Assembly (NCBI RefSeq): GCF_021378375.1
Contig: NZ_CP076228.1
Location: 930,001-962,000, forward strand
Length of the DNA: 32,000 nucleotides
Direction of reading: 5' to 3'
DNA from: Wolbachia endosymbiont of Drosophila innubila
GTDB lineage: Bacteria; Pseudomonadota; Alphaproteobacteria; Rickettsiales; Anaplasmataceae
Below the pieces are notes generated by a model. That model was not told the origin of the DNA, did not search any database, and saw only the letters and a program-made list of their open reading frames with translations. The position numbers and the translations under genes are program-made. Of this stretch, positions 1-10,913 are shown one piece after another (positions within the stretch are counted from its first letter, which is position 1; every line of letters begins with the position of its first letter).

Positions 1-1
1 T

Positions 2-322
2 GATCTTGATAGATATGGTATAATGTTTCGTGCAAGCCCACGTCAATCAGATGTGATGATTGTTGCTGGCACACTAACTAATAAAATGGCAGCAGCATTG
101 CGCAAGGTTTATGATCAAATGGCAGACCCGAAGTATGTTATTTCCATGGGAAGTTGTGCAAATGGTGGTGGTTATTACCATTACTCTTATTCAGTAGTCC
201 GAGGCTGTGATAGAATTGTGCCAGTTGACGTGTATGTCCCTGGATGCCCACCAACCGCTGAGGCGTTGCTATATGGAATGCTATGCCTACAAAACAAAAT
301 AAAACGGACTCGGAATGGATAA
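2..322 (+). CDS. nuoB: NADH-quinone oxidoreductase subunit B, C-terminal part (truncated by window start)
   Basis: Reading frame is open from base 2 ([30 protein letters not shown]...), matching conserved NuoB motifs incl. [18 protein letters not shown] and [18 protein letters not shown]; the M at 23 is internal. Followed by nuoC. Confidence 0.96.
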   Translation, partial: DLDRYGIMFRASPRQSDVMIVAGTLTNKMAAALRKVYDQMADPKYVISMGSCANGGGYYHYSYSVVRGCDRIVPVDVYVPGCPPTAEALLYGMLCLQNKIKRTRNG

Positions 323-887
323 AACTGCAAAGTATATACAAAAAAAGACCAAATGCGAGTGCATTCAAAAAGATGATGGCATTATTGTAATATATTCAAC
401 TTTAGATGAAATTGAAAAGTACCTATTCTTTCTACGTGATGATGAAAAGTGTAGGTTTGAACTATTAGTTGATATTTTTGGGGTTGACTATCCAAATAGA
501 GAGAAGCGTTTCGAGCTAATATACAATCTACTCAGCATTGTGCATAATATTAGAGTACACATAAAGCTTCAGTTATGTGAAAGCGACATGCCTCCAAGTG
601 TAGCGAAGATATTTAGTACGGCTTTGTGGTTTGAGCGTGAAGTGTTTGATATGTATGGAATAGAGTTTTCTGATCACCCTGATTTGCGTAGGATTCTAAC
701 AGACTATGGATTCAAAGGTCATCCAATGTTAAAAGATTTCCCTCTCACTGGTTATGAGGAAGTAAGATATGATATAGAGACAAAAAAGGTTGTGTATAAT
801 CCTATAGATTTACCGCAAGATTTTCGTATGTTTGATAGCTTATCGCCTTGGGAAGGTAAAACCATAAAAGTAAATACAAAGGAGTAG
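315..887 (+). CDS. nuoC: NADH-quinone oxidoreductase subunit C
   Basis: [43 protein letters not shown] signature of NuoC (30 kDa subunit); overlaps the nuoB end by 8 nt. Confidence 0.96.
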   Translation: MDKTAKYIQKKTKCECIQKDDGIIVIYSTLDEIEKYLFFLRDDEKCRFELLVDIFGVDYPNREKRFELIYNLLSIVHNIRVHIKLQLCESDMPPSVAKIFSTALWFEREVFDMYGIEFSDHPDLRRILTDYGFKGHPMLKDFPLTGYEEVRYDIETKKVVYNPIDLPQDFRMFDSLSPWEGKTIKVNTKE

Positions 888-1841
<954 letters not shown>

Positions 1842-1874
1842 GCAAATTAATGGTTTTATAGAGCTTCTTTATAG

Positions 1875-2636
1875 CTAAAACAGCCTAAAAAAGTTGCTTG
1901 TGGTTACCTTCGCTACTTGTTCTGGTGACTCATTCCACAACTCTGCCAAACAATCAACAACGTATTTCACCATTGCTGGTTCATTCTTTTTTCCCCTATA
2001 AGGCTCAGGTGATAGATATGGTGCATCAGTTTCGACTAAAACACGCTCGCGTGGTACATTTTGTGCAATTTCTCTGAGTAAGCTCGCATTTTTAAAAGTA
2101 ATAATTCCAGAAAATGAAATATATAACCCCAAATCTATAGATTGATAAGCAAGTTCTTTAGAGGAAGCAAAGCAGTGCATTACTCCACTAAAAGCACCGG
2201 CTTTCATTTCTGACCTTAACATATCGATCATCTCATTATCAGCGCTTCTTGTGTGAATAACTAAAGGTAGTCCAGTTATTCTTGACGCTTCTATATGTAA
2301 TGCAAAACTTTTTTTCTGATTGTCTTTGTTGTCAGATTTATAAAAATCTAACCCGGTTTCACCGATACTAATTACCTTTTGGTTCTTGGTAAATTCAACT
2401 AATTCATCAACATGTATACACTCACCGTTTTCTATAGCAGCATCAAGCGGATGTATACCAACAGAGGAGTAGACCTGATCATAGGATGAAGAAATTTTTA
2501 ATAACTTAGGAACATCGTCAATGCTTACGCATATGTTATGCAAAACCTTTACACCATTTTGCTCTGCCCTTGAAATTACTTTTGGTATTTCATCGTCAGA
2601 AAAATAAATCAAGTGGCAATGAGAATCTACTATCAT
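1875..2636 (-). CDS. tatD: TatD family metal-dependent hydrolase/DNase
   Basis: MIVDSHCHLIYF, SIGIHP, IGETGLDFYK, LPLVIHTRSA, VLVETDAPYLSPEPYRGKKNEP motifs of the TatD amidohydrolase family. Confidence 0.93.
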   Translation of the reverse strand: MIVDSHCHLIYFSDDEIPKVISRAEQNGVKVLHNICVSIDDVPKLLKISSSYDQVYSSVGIHPLDAAIENGECIHVDELVEFTKNQKVISIGETGLDFYKSDNKDNQKKSFALHIEASRITGLPLVIHTRSADNEMIDMLRSEMKAGAFSGVMHCFASSKELAYQSIDLGLYISFSGIITFKNASLLREIAQNVPRERVLVETDAPYLSPEPYRGKKNEPAMVKYVVDCLAELWNESPEQVAKVTTSNFFRLF

Positions 2637-3121
2637 GAGCTTATTGTTGAGGCTTTTATTATAGAAGAAAACTCTTCTATCACTGTTTTATAAACTTCTT
2701 TTTTAAATGATATAGCACTGGCTACTAAACTATCTATACCTTGCCAACGCCACTCTTTGAACTCTGGATGACCAGTATAATTAATATCAATGTCCTCATC
2801 CTCTCCGCAAAACTTCATTAAGAACCACCTTTGCTTTTGACCAGAATATTTTCCATTCCAGCATATTGGTATAACTTCTTCAGGCAAGTTGTAGTATATC
2901 CAATCCTTGCTTTTAGTTATAACCTTTACTTTATTAGTACCAACCTCCTCTAGCAACTCACGTAACGCTGCTTGTTCCAGTTCCTCACCATCATCAACAC
3001 CTCCTTGTGGCATCTGCCAGTAAGAATCGCTATCAAAGCGTTTTCCAATAAAGGCATGTCCTTGTCTGTTAAATAGCATTATGCCAACACAAGGACGGTA
3101 CTTATCTTTCTGCTCAACCAC
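2633..3121 (-). CDS. rppH: RNA pyrophosphohydrolase (Nudix)
   Basis: YRPCVGIMLFN and Nudix box GGVDDGEELEQAALRELLEEVGT; 4-nt overlap with tatD. Confidence 0.93.
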   Translation of the reverse strand: MVEQKDKYRPCVGIMLFNRQGHAFIGKRFDSDSYWQMPQGGVDDGEELEQAALRELLEEVGTNKVKVITKSKDWIYYNLPEEVIPICWNGKYSGQKQRWFLMKFCGEDEDIDINYTGHPEFKEWRWQGIDSLVASAISFKKEVYKTVIEEFSSIIKASTISS

Positions 3122-3731
3122 GAGTACGCTCTGTTTTTAAATGATTTGTTACAGAAGTTTTAATTAATTTTCCATTTTTTTCTTTCTTCATCTCTTCAAC
3201 AATTTTCTTTGCAACTTCCTTTGCACTCAAGTTCGAGTTATCAATTTCAAGCGAACCCTCAGGTATAAATAGCCTTTTCCCTTCAATTTTCTTTATAGCA
3301 AAATCCGGATCAGTAATTTTATTTTCCTGATATCTCTCTTCTGATTGGACACGTCTTACTAGTTTTTCATTATTACAATGTAATACTACAGAAAAAATTT
3401 CCATGTCCATTTTTTTACTTAAATTTACCACTGAGTTATATAATCTTTGGTCATAGGGATCACCCTCTATCAATTCATTTGTAAATATATAATGTTTTGA
3501 TTTTACGTAGTGTTTTTCCAGTATTGCTAATACATTTTCCCTAACTGCAAAAATTTTTTCCCATAGGTCATCTGGAACTTCAGCGTTTTGTAATTTAACA
3601 ATATCAAATATAATATTATTGAATAGATTATTGCTTACTATTACTGCACCAATGATTTTACACAGTTCCTTTGCAGTAGTAAACTTACCACTGCCTGGAA
3701 AGCCGATTAAGTAGATGAGAGTCTTGCCCAT
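3114..3731 (-). CDS. P-loop (AAA/kinase-like) ATP-binding protein of unknown specificity
   Basis: Walker A-like GFPGSGKFT right after the Met at 3731 (MGKTLIYLIGFPGSGKFTTAKEL); the ORF track start at 3788 adds a 19-aa extension before the conserved region. Overlaps rppH start. Confidence 0.75.
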   Translation of the reverse strand: MGKTLIYLIGFPGSGKFTTAKELCKIIGAVIVSNNLFNNIIFDIVKLQNAEVPDDLWEKIFAVRENVLAILEKHYVKSKHYIFTNELIEGDPYDQRLYNSVVNLSKKMDMEIFSVVLHCNNEKLVRRVQSEERYQENKITDPDFAIKKIEGKRLFIPEGSLEIDNSNLSAKEVAKKIVEEMKKEKNGKLIKTSVTNHLKTERTRG

Positions 3732-3910
3732 AATGAATACTAGTAAAAAGCTATTTTCAATTATATAAAAAGTATATACATTGTACATGCTAAAAACATG
3801 ATGATAAAATAGATGCAGGTAATACCTTTAACAAGTAGTTGCGTTGAAAATAGTTCATATTTAGAAATTTTGAGTATATAATTATAAATGAATCATATAA
3901 CCTGTAAACA

Positions 3911-4228
3911 ATGCTTAGCGATATGGAATCGATAAGAAGTACAATTGAAGAGATAATAGATCAAAATAAAGGTCATGATATAGTAACTTTTGATGTGCAG
4001 AATAAAACCGTTATTGCAAAATATATGATTATTGCATCTGGTGATTCAAGCCGTCACGTTAAAGCTTTAGCTGAGCACGTAATAAAAAGCCTCAAGCCAC
4101 ATGATAAAATAGATGTAGAAGGTATGGATGAAGGCAATTGGGTAGTTTTGAATTTTCAAGGCATAATGGTTCACATATTCAGGCCGGAAGTAAGGGAGTA
4201 TTATAAAATAGAAGAGTTATGGAACTGA
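3911..4228 (+). CDS. rsfS: Ribosome silencing factor RsfS/YbeB/Iojap family
   Basis: MIIASGDSSRHVKALAEHV...VEGMDEGNWVVLNFQGIMVHIFRPEVREYYKIEELW is diagnostic. Confidence 0.95.
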   Translation: MLSDMESIRSTIEEIIDQNKGHDIVTFDVQNKTVIAKYMIIASGDSSRHVKALAEHVIKSLKPHDKIDVEGMDEGNWVVLNFQGIMVHIFRPEVREYYKIEELWN

Positions 4229-4458
4229 TTGCCTGGATAGCTGGTGCACAACTGCACAAACGTTGTAATTTTGAAGGCAACTCCTGCACAGGTAGTGGTG
4301 TCATGAAAGTAGCTGACACTGGATCCAGTTTTTCATGCAATTTCATCGGAAACGTTGTATAGTGTGCTTGTTTATAATTAAGTTCCAGTGTCTGGGCACT
4401 GGCTTCTCTATTAGGGTTACCTTCGGCATTAATGACAGGATAGACTGGGGTTTATAAA

Positions 4459-5709
4459 ATGAAACACGCATCTGAATTTTTAAATTTCATCCAAGAAAGA
4501 GGGTACCTATACCAATGCACAAACATTGAAGGACTAGATCAATTATTATTGCAGAGCAATTATATAGTTGCATACATTGGGTTTGATTGCACAGCACCAA
4601 GTCTTCATGCTGGTCACCTAATTCAGATTATGATGCTCTGTCACCTACAAAAATTTGGTTATAAGCCGATAGTCTTACTTGGAGGTGGCACAACAAAAAT
4701 TGGTGACCCATCCTTCAAAGATAAAGCAAGAAGCATCTTGCCTGTAGAGAACATCAATCAAAATACATCCAGTATAAGGAGAATATTAGAGAAAATGGTA
4801 TCTTTTAATGACAGCAAGACTGGTGCAATGATAGTAAATAACGCAGATTGGTTGGATAACATAAAATACATAGATTTTTTGCGTGATATAGGAGCTTATT
4901 TTTCTGTAAATCGTATGCTAAGTTTTGATAGTGTGAAAACCAGGCTGGATAGAGAGCAAACCTTAAGCTTTCTAGAATTTAATTACATGCTATTGCAAGC
5001 TTACGACTTTATTGAATTAAACAAAAAATATGATTGTCGTCTGCAGATTGGAGGGTCAGACCAGTGGGGAAATATAGTAAACGGAATTGAACTTGGAAAA
5101 AAGTTGAATTTACCTGAGCTATTTGGCCTTACCATGCCTCTTTTATTAAATGCACAAGGAAAAAAAATGGGCAAAACTGAAAGTGGAGCAGTGTGGCTTG
5201 ATGATAATATGCTAAAGCCTTACGACTACTGGCAATATTTTCGCAACGTTGATGATCAAGATGTTGGACGTTTTTTAAGATTGCTCACTGATGTGCCAAT
5301 TGATGAGATTAGAAAATTAGAGTCTTTAAAGGATCAAGAAATAAATGAAGCAAAAAAGGTCTTGGCAACAGAAGTGACAAAAATATGTCATGGTGACAAA
5401 GAAGCGGAACTTGCACAATTTGCTGCAATTTCTGCTTTTGAGAATGAAGATAGCTCACTACTTCCTGATTACATCATAAAAAAAGAACAAGTTGCAAGCG
5501 GCATATCCTTAGTAGACCTACTACATGACACCGGTTTTGAACCTTCAAAAGGCGCTGCAAAGCGTTTAATACAGGGCAACGGATGCAAGATTAATGATAA
5601 TGTTGTAAACAATATTGATCATGTAATAAATTTCGAAAGCTTTAAAGATCAGCCATTTATAAAATTATCTGCAGGAAAGAAACGCCATATAAAAGTTGTG
5701 GTAGATTAG
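4459..5709 (+). CDS. tyrS: Tyrosyl-tRNA synthetase
   Basis: YIGFDCTAPSLHAGHLIQIMML (HIGH-type motif), QIGGSDQWGNIVNG, GKKMGKTESG (KMSKS-type); C-terminal S4-like domain. Confidence 0.97.
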   Translation: MKHASEFLNFIQERGYLYQCTNIEGLDQLLLQSNYIVAYIGFDCTAPSLHAGHLIQIMMLCHLQKFGYKPIVLLGGGTTKIGDPSFKDKARSILPVENINQNTSSIRRILEKMVSFNDSKTGAMIVNNADWLDNIKYIDFLRDIGAYFSVNRMLSFDSVKTRLDREQTLSFLEFNYMLLQAYDFIELNKKYDCRLQIGGSDQWGNIVNGIELGKKLNLPELFGLTMPLLLNAQGKKMGKTESGAVWLDDNMLKPYDYWQYFRNVDDQDVGRFLRLLTDVPIDEIRKLESLKDQEINEAKKVLATEVTKICHGDKEAELAQFAAISAFENEDSSLLPDYIIKKEQVASGISLVDLLHDTGFEPSKGAAKRLIQGNGCKINDNVVNNIDHVINFESFKDQPFIKLSAGKKRHIKVVVD

Positions 5710-6021
5710 GTCTCGAAGTAAGAAAACAAATTTTATACAAGTGAGAAATTAGATATGGAGCAAATTTTCAAAATTCGAGAATTATGTATAAAACAACTGG
5801 AAAGATAGTAGAAAGCGAAATTCTATTATATATAGCTAAAGTGGCTTAGGTTTACCTACAATTTGAAAAACAACAAATTCGTCATTTCGCTACTCATTAG
5901 CGGAATCTATACCGCGAATGAATCCATAACTGTACGGACATTGCAATTTGGGCCTACCAGGAGGGCAATGCCTCTTATCCAAGTACCCTCTTCTTGTCAT
6001 CCAAGTAGCCGACACTGGGAT

Positions 6022-7094
6022 GGCTTTGCTGCATAGCAACTGAAAAAATCTGGTGGCTACTGACAAAATTCATTATAAAATAGCCATTTAACCTTGAAAG
6101 AAAAAATATGCCACAAAAAATGAGGGTCAGTAACCATAGCGAATATAACAAATTTCTAGAAAAAAGAGGAAATATTTTTCATTATATCAACGAAGCCATA
6201 GAAAAGTGGTACGAGAATGGTCCAAAAATACCAGGTGGCAACAATATTTATAGCGATAAAGTTGTAATTTTGGTGCACATAATAACTTGTTTATTTAGAA
6301 TAGGCCTGAGGCAAACAGTTGGGTTTATAGCAGGATACCTTGAGCAAATTGGGAAAAATTTGCAAGTTATCAGCTATTCACAATCATCAAGAAGGTTTAA
6401 GAAACTCAATATTAAGATCAATGATTGCAGAAAATAATATGGAAGATATCGAAATTGCTATAGACAGTACAGGAATTAGTATATACAACAACACTCCTGG
6501 TCATAGCAAAGAAAATAGCGAAGATAGAAAGTATCGCAGCTATGAACAGACAAGAAAATTGCATGTAATGTTGAATATAAACAACAAAAAAGCCATAGCT
6601 GTAAAATACAGTAACGGCTGATCACTATGGAGCTTGTGATTTGCTAAAAGAAGTCGATTTTCAGTATGTCATAAAAGTACTATATGCAGATAGGGCATAT
6701 GACAGAGAAAAGCTCTATAAGCTGTGTAATCAATATGGTATAAAAACGAAAATTCCTCCGAAAAACAACGCAGCAGAGCATCCAAAGTTAGACTATATGG
6801 CTGAGAGAAATTCTGCAGTCAAGCTCATAAAGTCATATGATGAAGATGGTATAAAGAAGTGGAAAAAAGAGATGAGTTATGGAAAAAGATCTTATATAGA
6901 AAGTTTTTTCTCGCGACTGAAACAAACATTCGGGTTTAGTTTTAGGAATAAATCTGAGACAAATAGAGAGAAGGAACTACTTGTTAAATGCTATTTGCTC
7001 AATAAGTTCACTGATATTGGTATGGCTAAATTTGAGATAGCTTCATAAATTTATTGTGCGTTACCTACTATCCGAAGAGCGATGCAACAAAGCC
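6022..7094 (+). mobile_element. Degenerate IS5-family (IS903-like) insertion sequence, copy A
   Basis: Terminal sequences GGCTTTGCTGCATAGC (6022) and GATGCAACAAAGCC (ending 7094) form an imperfect TIR. Three frame-disrupted transposase ORFs (6108-6437, 6340-6621, 6641-7048) incl. IDSTGISIYNN, YADRAYDREKLY, KRSYIESFFSRLKQTFGFSFRNK. Confidence 0.85.
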
Positions 7095-7234
7095 CATGCA
7101 CTGGAATGACAGCAGTCCTACGTCATACCGCGATTCATTCGCGGTATCTCTTAACATAGATCCCTTACTTAACCGTCATACCTTAACATAGATCCCGCTA
7201 ACAAGCAGCGGGATGACGGTTGTCGTTTAGCTAC

Positions 7235-7540
7235 AAACATTAAGAAATTTACCAAATAAAAAAAAGGCAAAAGAAGCCCCGTGGTTGGCTAATTACTTAC
7301 ATTATACTTTCAAGTATGGCGTTTTTTTATTCTAAACGCTTAATAACCACGACTCAGCTGCTTTTAAGCTGCAACTAATCTAAATTATAAACATTAAGAA
7401 ATTTACTAAACAGAAAAAAAGGCAAAAGAAACCCTAGGGTAGCTAATTATTCACTATCCATTTTTTAAGTTGGCGTTTTTTAATGTTTTAAATGCTTTAT
7501 AAGCGTATTTCAGCTTGTGTAGGTAAAAACCCAGAATTTG
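7235..7540. repeat. Degenerate direct duplication, period about 154 bp
   Basis: aaacattaagaaatttac(c/t)aaa(t/c)a.aaaaaaggcaaaagaa(g/a)ccc begins at 7235 and again at 7389; both units then contain ...gctaatta... and ...tggcgttttttt.... Confidence 0.7.
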
Positions 7541-7651
7541 ATAAAGACATAGAGTGCACATAGTGCAAAAAATTAAACATGAGACGCCAGATACGTGAGT
7601 TTTTTGTCATTTAATCTGTACAGAGAAGATAAATAAATAGCTTCAGTGTTT

Positions 7652-7680
7652 ATGATAAGGGGGCTGGCGGAGTTTGTCAA
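7652..7680 (-). promoter_or_regulatory. Predicted sigma70-type promoter, leftward
   Basis: On the minus strand TTGACA (7675-7680) - 17-nt spacer - TATCAT (7652-7657). Confidence 0.55.
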
Positions 7681-7703
7681 GTGGTTTTTTAGCCACGTTT
7701 CCC

Positions 7704-7712
7704 TGTTATAAT
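7704..7712 (+). promoter_or_regulatory. Predicted extended -10 promoter element for ruvAB
   Basis: TGTTATAAT (TGn extended -10 plus TATAAT) about 60 nt upstream of ruvA; no good -35 seen. Confidence 0.45.
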
Positions 7713-7772
7713 GTTCGTTTGCTTGACCTAAGATCCAGGAGTATTTAAACTGAACTCTATATAGTGTTAAAA

Positions 7773-8345
7773 ATGATAGGAAATCTAAGCGGAATAGTTG
7801 ATGAAGTGCGCAGTGATCACATAATCCTGAATGTGAATGATGTTGGCTATATGGTGTATCTTTCAGCCAAAACTTTAAATGCATGTTCCATCGGAAGTAG
7901 AGTTAAATTACTTATCGAAACCTATGCAAATAACAGAGAAAATGTCGCTCAGCTATATGGTTTTATAAGCAAAGAAGAACAGCAGTGCTTGAGGTTGCTT
8001 GTCAAAGTAAGCGGCGTTAGCTATAAAACTGCAATGTCAATTTTGGGCAAATTAACTCCAGAACAGCTATTTTTGGCAATTATGAATGAAGATAAAGTAG
8101 CACTCAAGATGAGCGGACTTGGCCTGAAACTCATAAATCGAATCATCACTGAATTGAGTGGCAAAGTGAGTAAACTAGAAATAAATAACAATAATTTTCA
8201 TCCAATTAATGAAGATGCCCTTTCAGCATTGATCAATCTTGGGTATGAAAAAATGAAAGCTTATGATACGATAAAAAAATACAGGCCAAATCTGGACACT
8301 AAGGATATTATTCGCATGGCGCTTAAGGAGCTTTCAATACTATGA
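7773..8345 (+). CDS. ruvA: Holliday junction branch migration protein RuvA
   Basis: [11 protein letters not shown]... [27 protein letters not shown]; start at 7773 preferred over 7764 because RuvA proteins begin MIG. Overlaps ruvB by 4 nt. Confidence 0.93.
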   Translation: MIGNLSGIVDEVRSDHIILNVNDVGYMVYLSAKTLNACSIGSRVKLLIETYANNRENVAQLYGFISKEEQQCLRLLVKVSGVSYKTAMSILGKLTPEQLFLAIMNEDKVALKMSGLGLKLINRIITELSGKVSKLEINNNNFHPINEDALSALINLGYEKMKAYDTIKKYRPNLDTKDIIRMALKELSIL

Positions 8346-9322
8346 AATCAATATCGTGCGGTAAAGAATATACTGAAGATGTGCGCAATATCAACATCAG
8401 GCCTGAACAACTTGATGATTTTGTCGGGCAAAAAGACTTAATACAAAATTTAAAAGTGTTTATAAACGCTGCACAGACGAGAACTGAAGCTTTAGATCAC
8501 GTTTTATTATATGGTCCTCCAGGGCTTGGCAAAACAACTTTAGCACAAATTGTTTCTAAAGAATTAAGAGTTAGCTTTCGCGCAACTTCTGGTCCTTTAC
8601 TTAGTAAAGCTGGAGATTTGGCCGCAGTGCTTACCACTTTAAATGCAAAAGATGTTCTATTTATCGACGAAATTCATAGATTAAATCGCAGCATCGAAGA
8701 AGTTTTATATACTGCTATGGAAGATTTTTGCCTGGACATATTAGTAGGTGAAGGTCCATCTACTCGCACTTTAAGGATAGATCTACCACCATTTACGCTA
8801 ATTGGAGCAACAACACGGCTTGGATTACTTTCTGCGCCACTCAGAGATCGTTTTGGCATTCCTTTGCATCTTGAGTTTTATTCCTTTGAGGAGCTGGTTA
8901 ATATTATAAAAAGAGGCGCAAGAGTTCTTTCTGCTGAAATTGAAGAGGATGCAGCACGGGAAATTGCCTGCCGTGCGCGCGGCACTCCAAGAATTGCTTT
9001 GAGGTTACTCAGAAGAATAAGGGATTTTGTTGAAGTGAAAGATGATAAAAAAATTACTTATGAAGTCGCTGATTCTGTATTACTAAAATTGGGTGTAGAT
9101 AAAATGGGACTCAATAAACTTGATATGAATTATCTAAGATTTTTATTCAACACTTCAGGCCCTGTTGGAATTGACACCATATCTATTGCGCTATCCGAAG
9201 ATGTTGGCAATATTGAAGAAACAGTAGAACCTTATTTAATCAAAATTAGTTTTGTAAAGCGCACACCAAGAGGGCGCGTTCTAACCGATCAAGCAAAGGA
9301 GTATTTGAGCTTTCAACATTAA
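8342..9322 (+). CDS. ruvB: Holliday junction branch migration helicase RuvB
   Basis: [74 protein letters not shown]. Confidence 0.98.
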   Translation: MKSISCGKEYTEDVRNINIRPEQLDDFVGQKDLIQNLKVFINAAQTRTEALDHVLLYGPPGLGKTTLAQIVSKELRVSFRATSGPLLSKAGDLAAVLTTLNAKDVLFIDEIHRLNRSIEEVLYTAMEDFCLDILVGEGPSTRTLRIDLPPFTLIGATTRLGLLSAPLRDRFGIPLHLEFYSFEELVNIIKRGARVLSAEIEEDAAREIACRARGTPRIALRLLRRIRDFVEVKDDKKITYEVADSVLLKLGVDKMGLNKLDMNYLRFLFNTSGPVGIDTISIALSEDVGNIEETVEPYLIKISFVKRTPRGRVLTDQAKEYLSFQH

Positions 9323-9399
9323 ACATCATAATTTATATTGACTAATTGGCATGGTATCTATATGCTAACATTTATATATTAAAAATAATGGAGGCATAT

Positions 9400-9861
9400 A
9401 TGTTAACTAATAGCACTGAAACTGTATCTTTAATTGAAACTTCTTCTAATCTAAATATCAGTCCTTCTGATAATAATTCGATTTCGGATACTAAAAATGT
9501 ACCTAAATCAACACTAGATGAGAACGTACCTAAATACGTCACTCTTAATAATGCAGAAGAATGGAATGAGTTCTTTATAATGCAGAACAACACTTCTACT
9601 AATACCACTAATAAAAAGAAACCAAAACCTTATATTCATAAGGATAGTAATGGTATATGTACATATACTGCTCGGGATGAGAATAAATATGGTGGTAAGA
9701 ACATTATAGGCAAAATTGCTGAACAAATTAAAGAAGAGATATCTAAAAATATAGAAAATAATGATATAGAATTTATAAAACTTAAAGAAAGCAAAAATGA
9801 AGATAATATTATTGAGCCTGCCGTAAGAATTGCGATAGGTAGTAATACAAAAGAAGCATGA
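9400..9861 (+). CDS. Hypothetical protein
   Basis: ORF open from 9346; ATG at 9400 is preceded by GGAGG at suitable spacing (aatGGAGGcatatATG). Low-complexity N-terminus, no recognised domain; stop overlaps next CDS (ATGA). Confidence 0.7.
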   Translation: MLTNSTETVSLIETSSNLNISPSDNNSISDTKNVPKSTLDENVPKYVTLNNAEEWNEFFIMQNNTSTNTTNKKKPKPYIHKDSNGICTYTARDENKYGGKNIIGKIAEQIKEEISKNIENNDIEFIKLKESKNEDNIIEPAVRIAIGSNTKEA

Positions 9862-10313
9862 GTGACATTCTAAATAACGATTTGTGTAAACAATATGGCG
9901 TGAAAGCAATTACATTATTGCTACCTCAAAGTAAAGCAAGGGGGCTAAGTTGCCGGGTTGATGAACATGGAACAAGAATTTATGAAGTAGCTAATGGGTC
10001 ATATCAAATGACTTTAAAGTGGAATGCTCAAGGAAAAGAATGTAATATTAAAATTAATATTCATGATAATGGCTCCGTAGAACTTATTGAGGGTAATGGT
10101 GTTACTATGGAGCAATTAGCTGCACACAAAGAAGTAAAAGTAGGAAGGCAATATGAAGCAAAGCCTTTACATGAAGTGTTAGCATCACAATTGCCACAAA
10201 CACAATTACAACAAAGCTCTGAAGAAGTAAAATTTTTGGAGCAGCATTCAACAAATGTAGAAGACTTGAGCGGCGCATCACAAAAGCATCAAGCTCCTGC
10301 TGCTTCAAAATAG
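9858..10313 (+). CDS. Hypothetical protein, Gln/Ser-rich C-terminus
   Basis: Overlaps the upstream ORF by 4 nt (translational coupling arrangement) and is followed by a strong terminator hairpin. Confidence 0.7.
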   Translation: MSDILNNDLCKQYGVKAITLLLPQSKARGLSCRVDEHGTRIYEVANGSYQMTLKWNAQGKECNIKINIHDNGSVELIEGNGVTMEQLAAHKEVKVGRQYEAKPLHEVLASQLPQTQLQQSSEEVKFLEQHSTNVEDLSGASQKHQAPAASK

Positions 10314-10331
10314 GTAAAGTAGTGAAAATTC

Positions 10332-10370
10332 AGTATAAGTTGCTTGCATCTGCAAGTAACTTATACTTTT
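10332..10370 (+). terminator. Rho-independent terminator-like hairpin
   Basis: AGTATAAGTTGCTTGC-atct-GCAAGTAACTTATACT-TTT: 16-bp stem with a single G/U-type position, 4-nt loop, T-tract. Confidence 0.8.
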
Positions 10371-10913
10371 ATGATGAGCAACACAATACTACCAAGAAAT
10401 TTCTACGAGCGGCCAACTTTGGTTGTAGCCGGGGAGTTACTAGGAAAGATGCTGAAATTTTCTAACTTTAGTGGAATAATAACCGAAGTTGAAGCCTATA
10501 TAGGAATGAGTGACCCAGCTTGTCATGCAGCTAAGGGTTATACTAACCGAACCTCAGTAATGTTTGGTATGCCGGGGTTTTCATATGTGTACTTTATATA
10601 TGGAATGTATTACTGTTTAAATATTGTAACAGAAGCAGAAGGGTTCCCAGCAGCAGTGTTAATACGGGGATTAAAGCTCATTGAACCGCTTGAGGCAAAT
10701 TTAGGTGGGCCAGGAATATTGTGTAAAAGATTAAATATTACAAAAGAACATAACAAACAGGACCTTACTATAAGCCACGAATTTTGTGTTTATGAATCTC
10801 ACCTCAAACCAGATTATGTGTGCACTCCGAGAATCGGAATTAGTAAAGGCCAAGAGAAATTTTGGCGGTTTAAAAACTTAAGATCTTGCGTAGACTATTT
10901 GCCAATTGGATAA
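10371..10913 (+). CDS. mpg: 3-methyladenine DNA glycosylase (AAG/MPG family)
   Basis: [66 protein letters not shown]. The 10344 ATG in the ORF track lies inside the terminator stem; ATGATG at 10371-10376 is a more plausible start. Confidence 0.92.
   Translation: MMSNTILPRNFYERPTLVVAGELLGKMLKFSNFSGIITEVEAYIGMSDPACHAAKGYTNRTSVMFGMPGFSYVYFIYGMYYCLNIVTEAEGFPAAVLIRGLKLIEPLEANLGGPGILCKRLNITKEHNKQDLTISHEFCVYESHLKPDYVCTPRIGISKGQEKFWRFKNLRSCVDYLPIG

Noticed and set aside
1842-1900. Possible bidirectional terminator between mdh and tatD (gttttatagagcttctttatagctaaaac)
   Set aside because: Stem is weak and interrupted; not strong enough to call.
7674-7712. TTGTCA as -35 for the plus-strand TATAAT at 7707
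   Set aside because: Spacing is 27 nt, too long; the extended -10 is proposed without a -35 instead.
7573-7884. 103-aa minus-strand ORF upstream of ruvA
   Set aside because: Overlaps ruvA start and runs through the predicted promoters; no recognisable domain.
10105-10308. 67-aa minus-strand ORF with hydrophobic character
   Set aside because: Antisense to the Gln-rich hypothetical gene; likely a by-product of codon composition.
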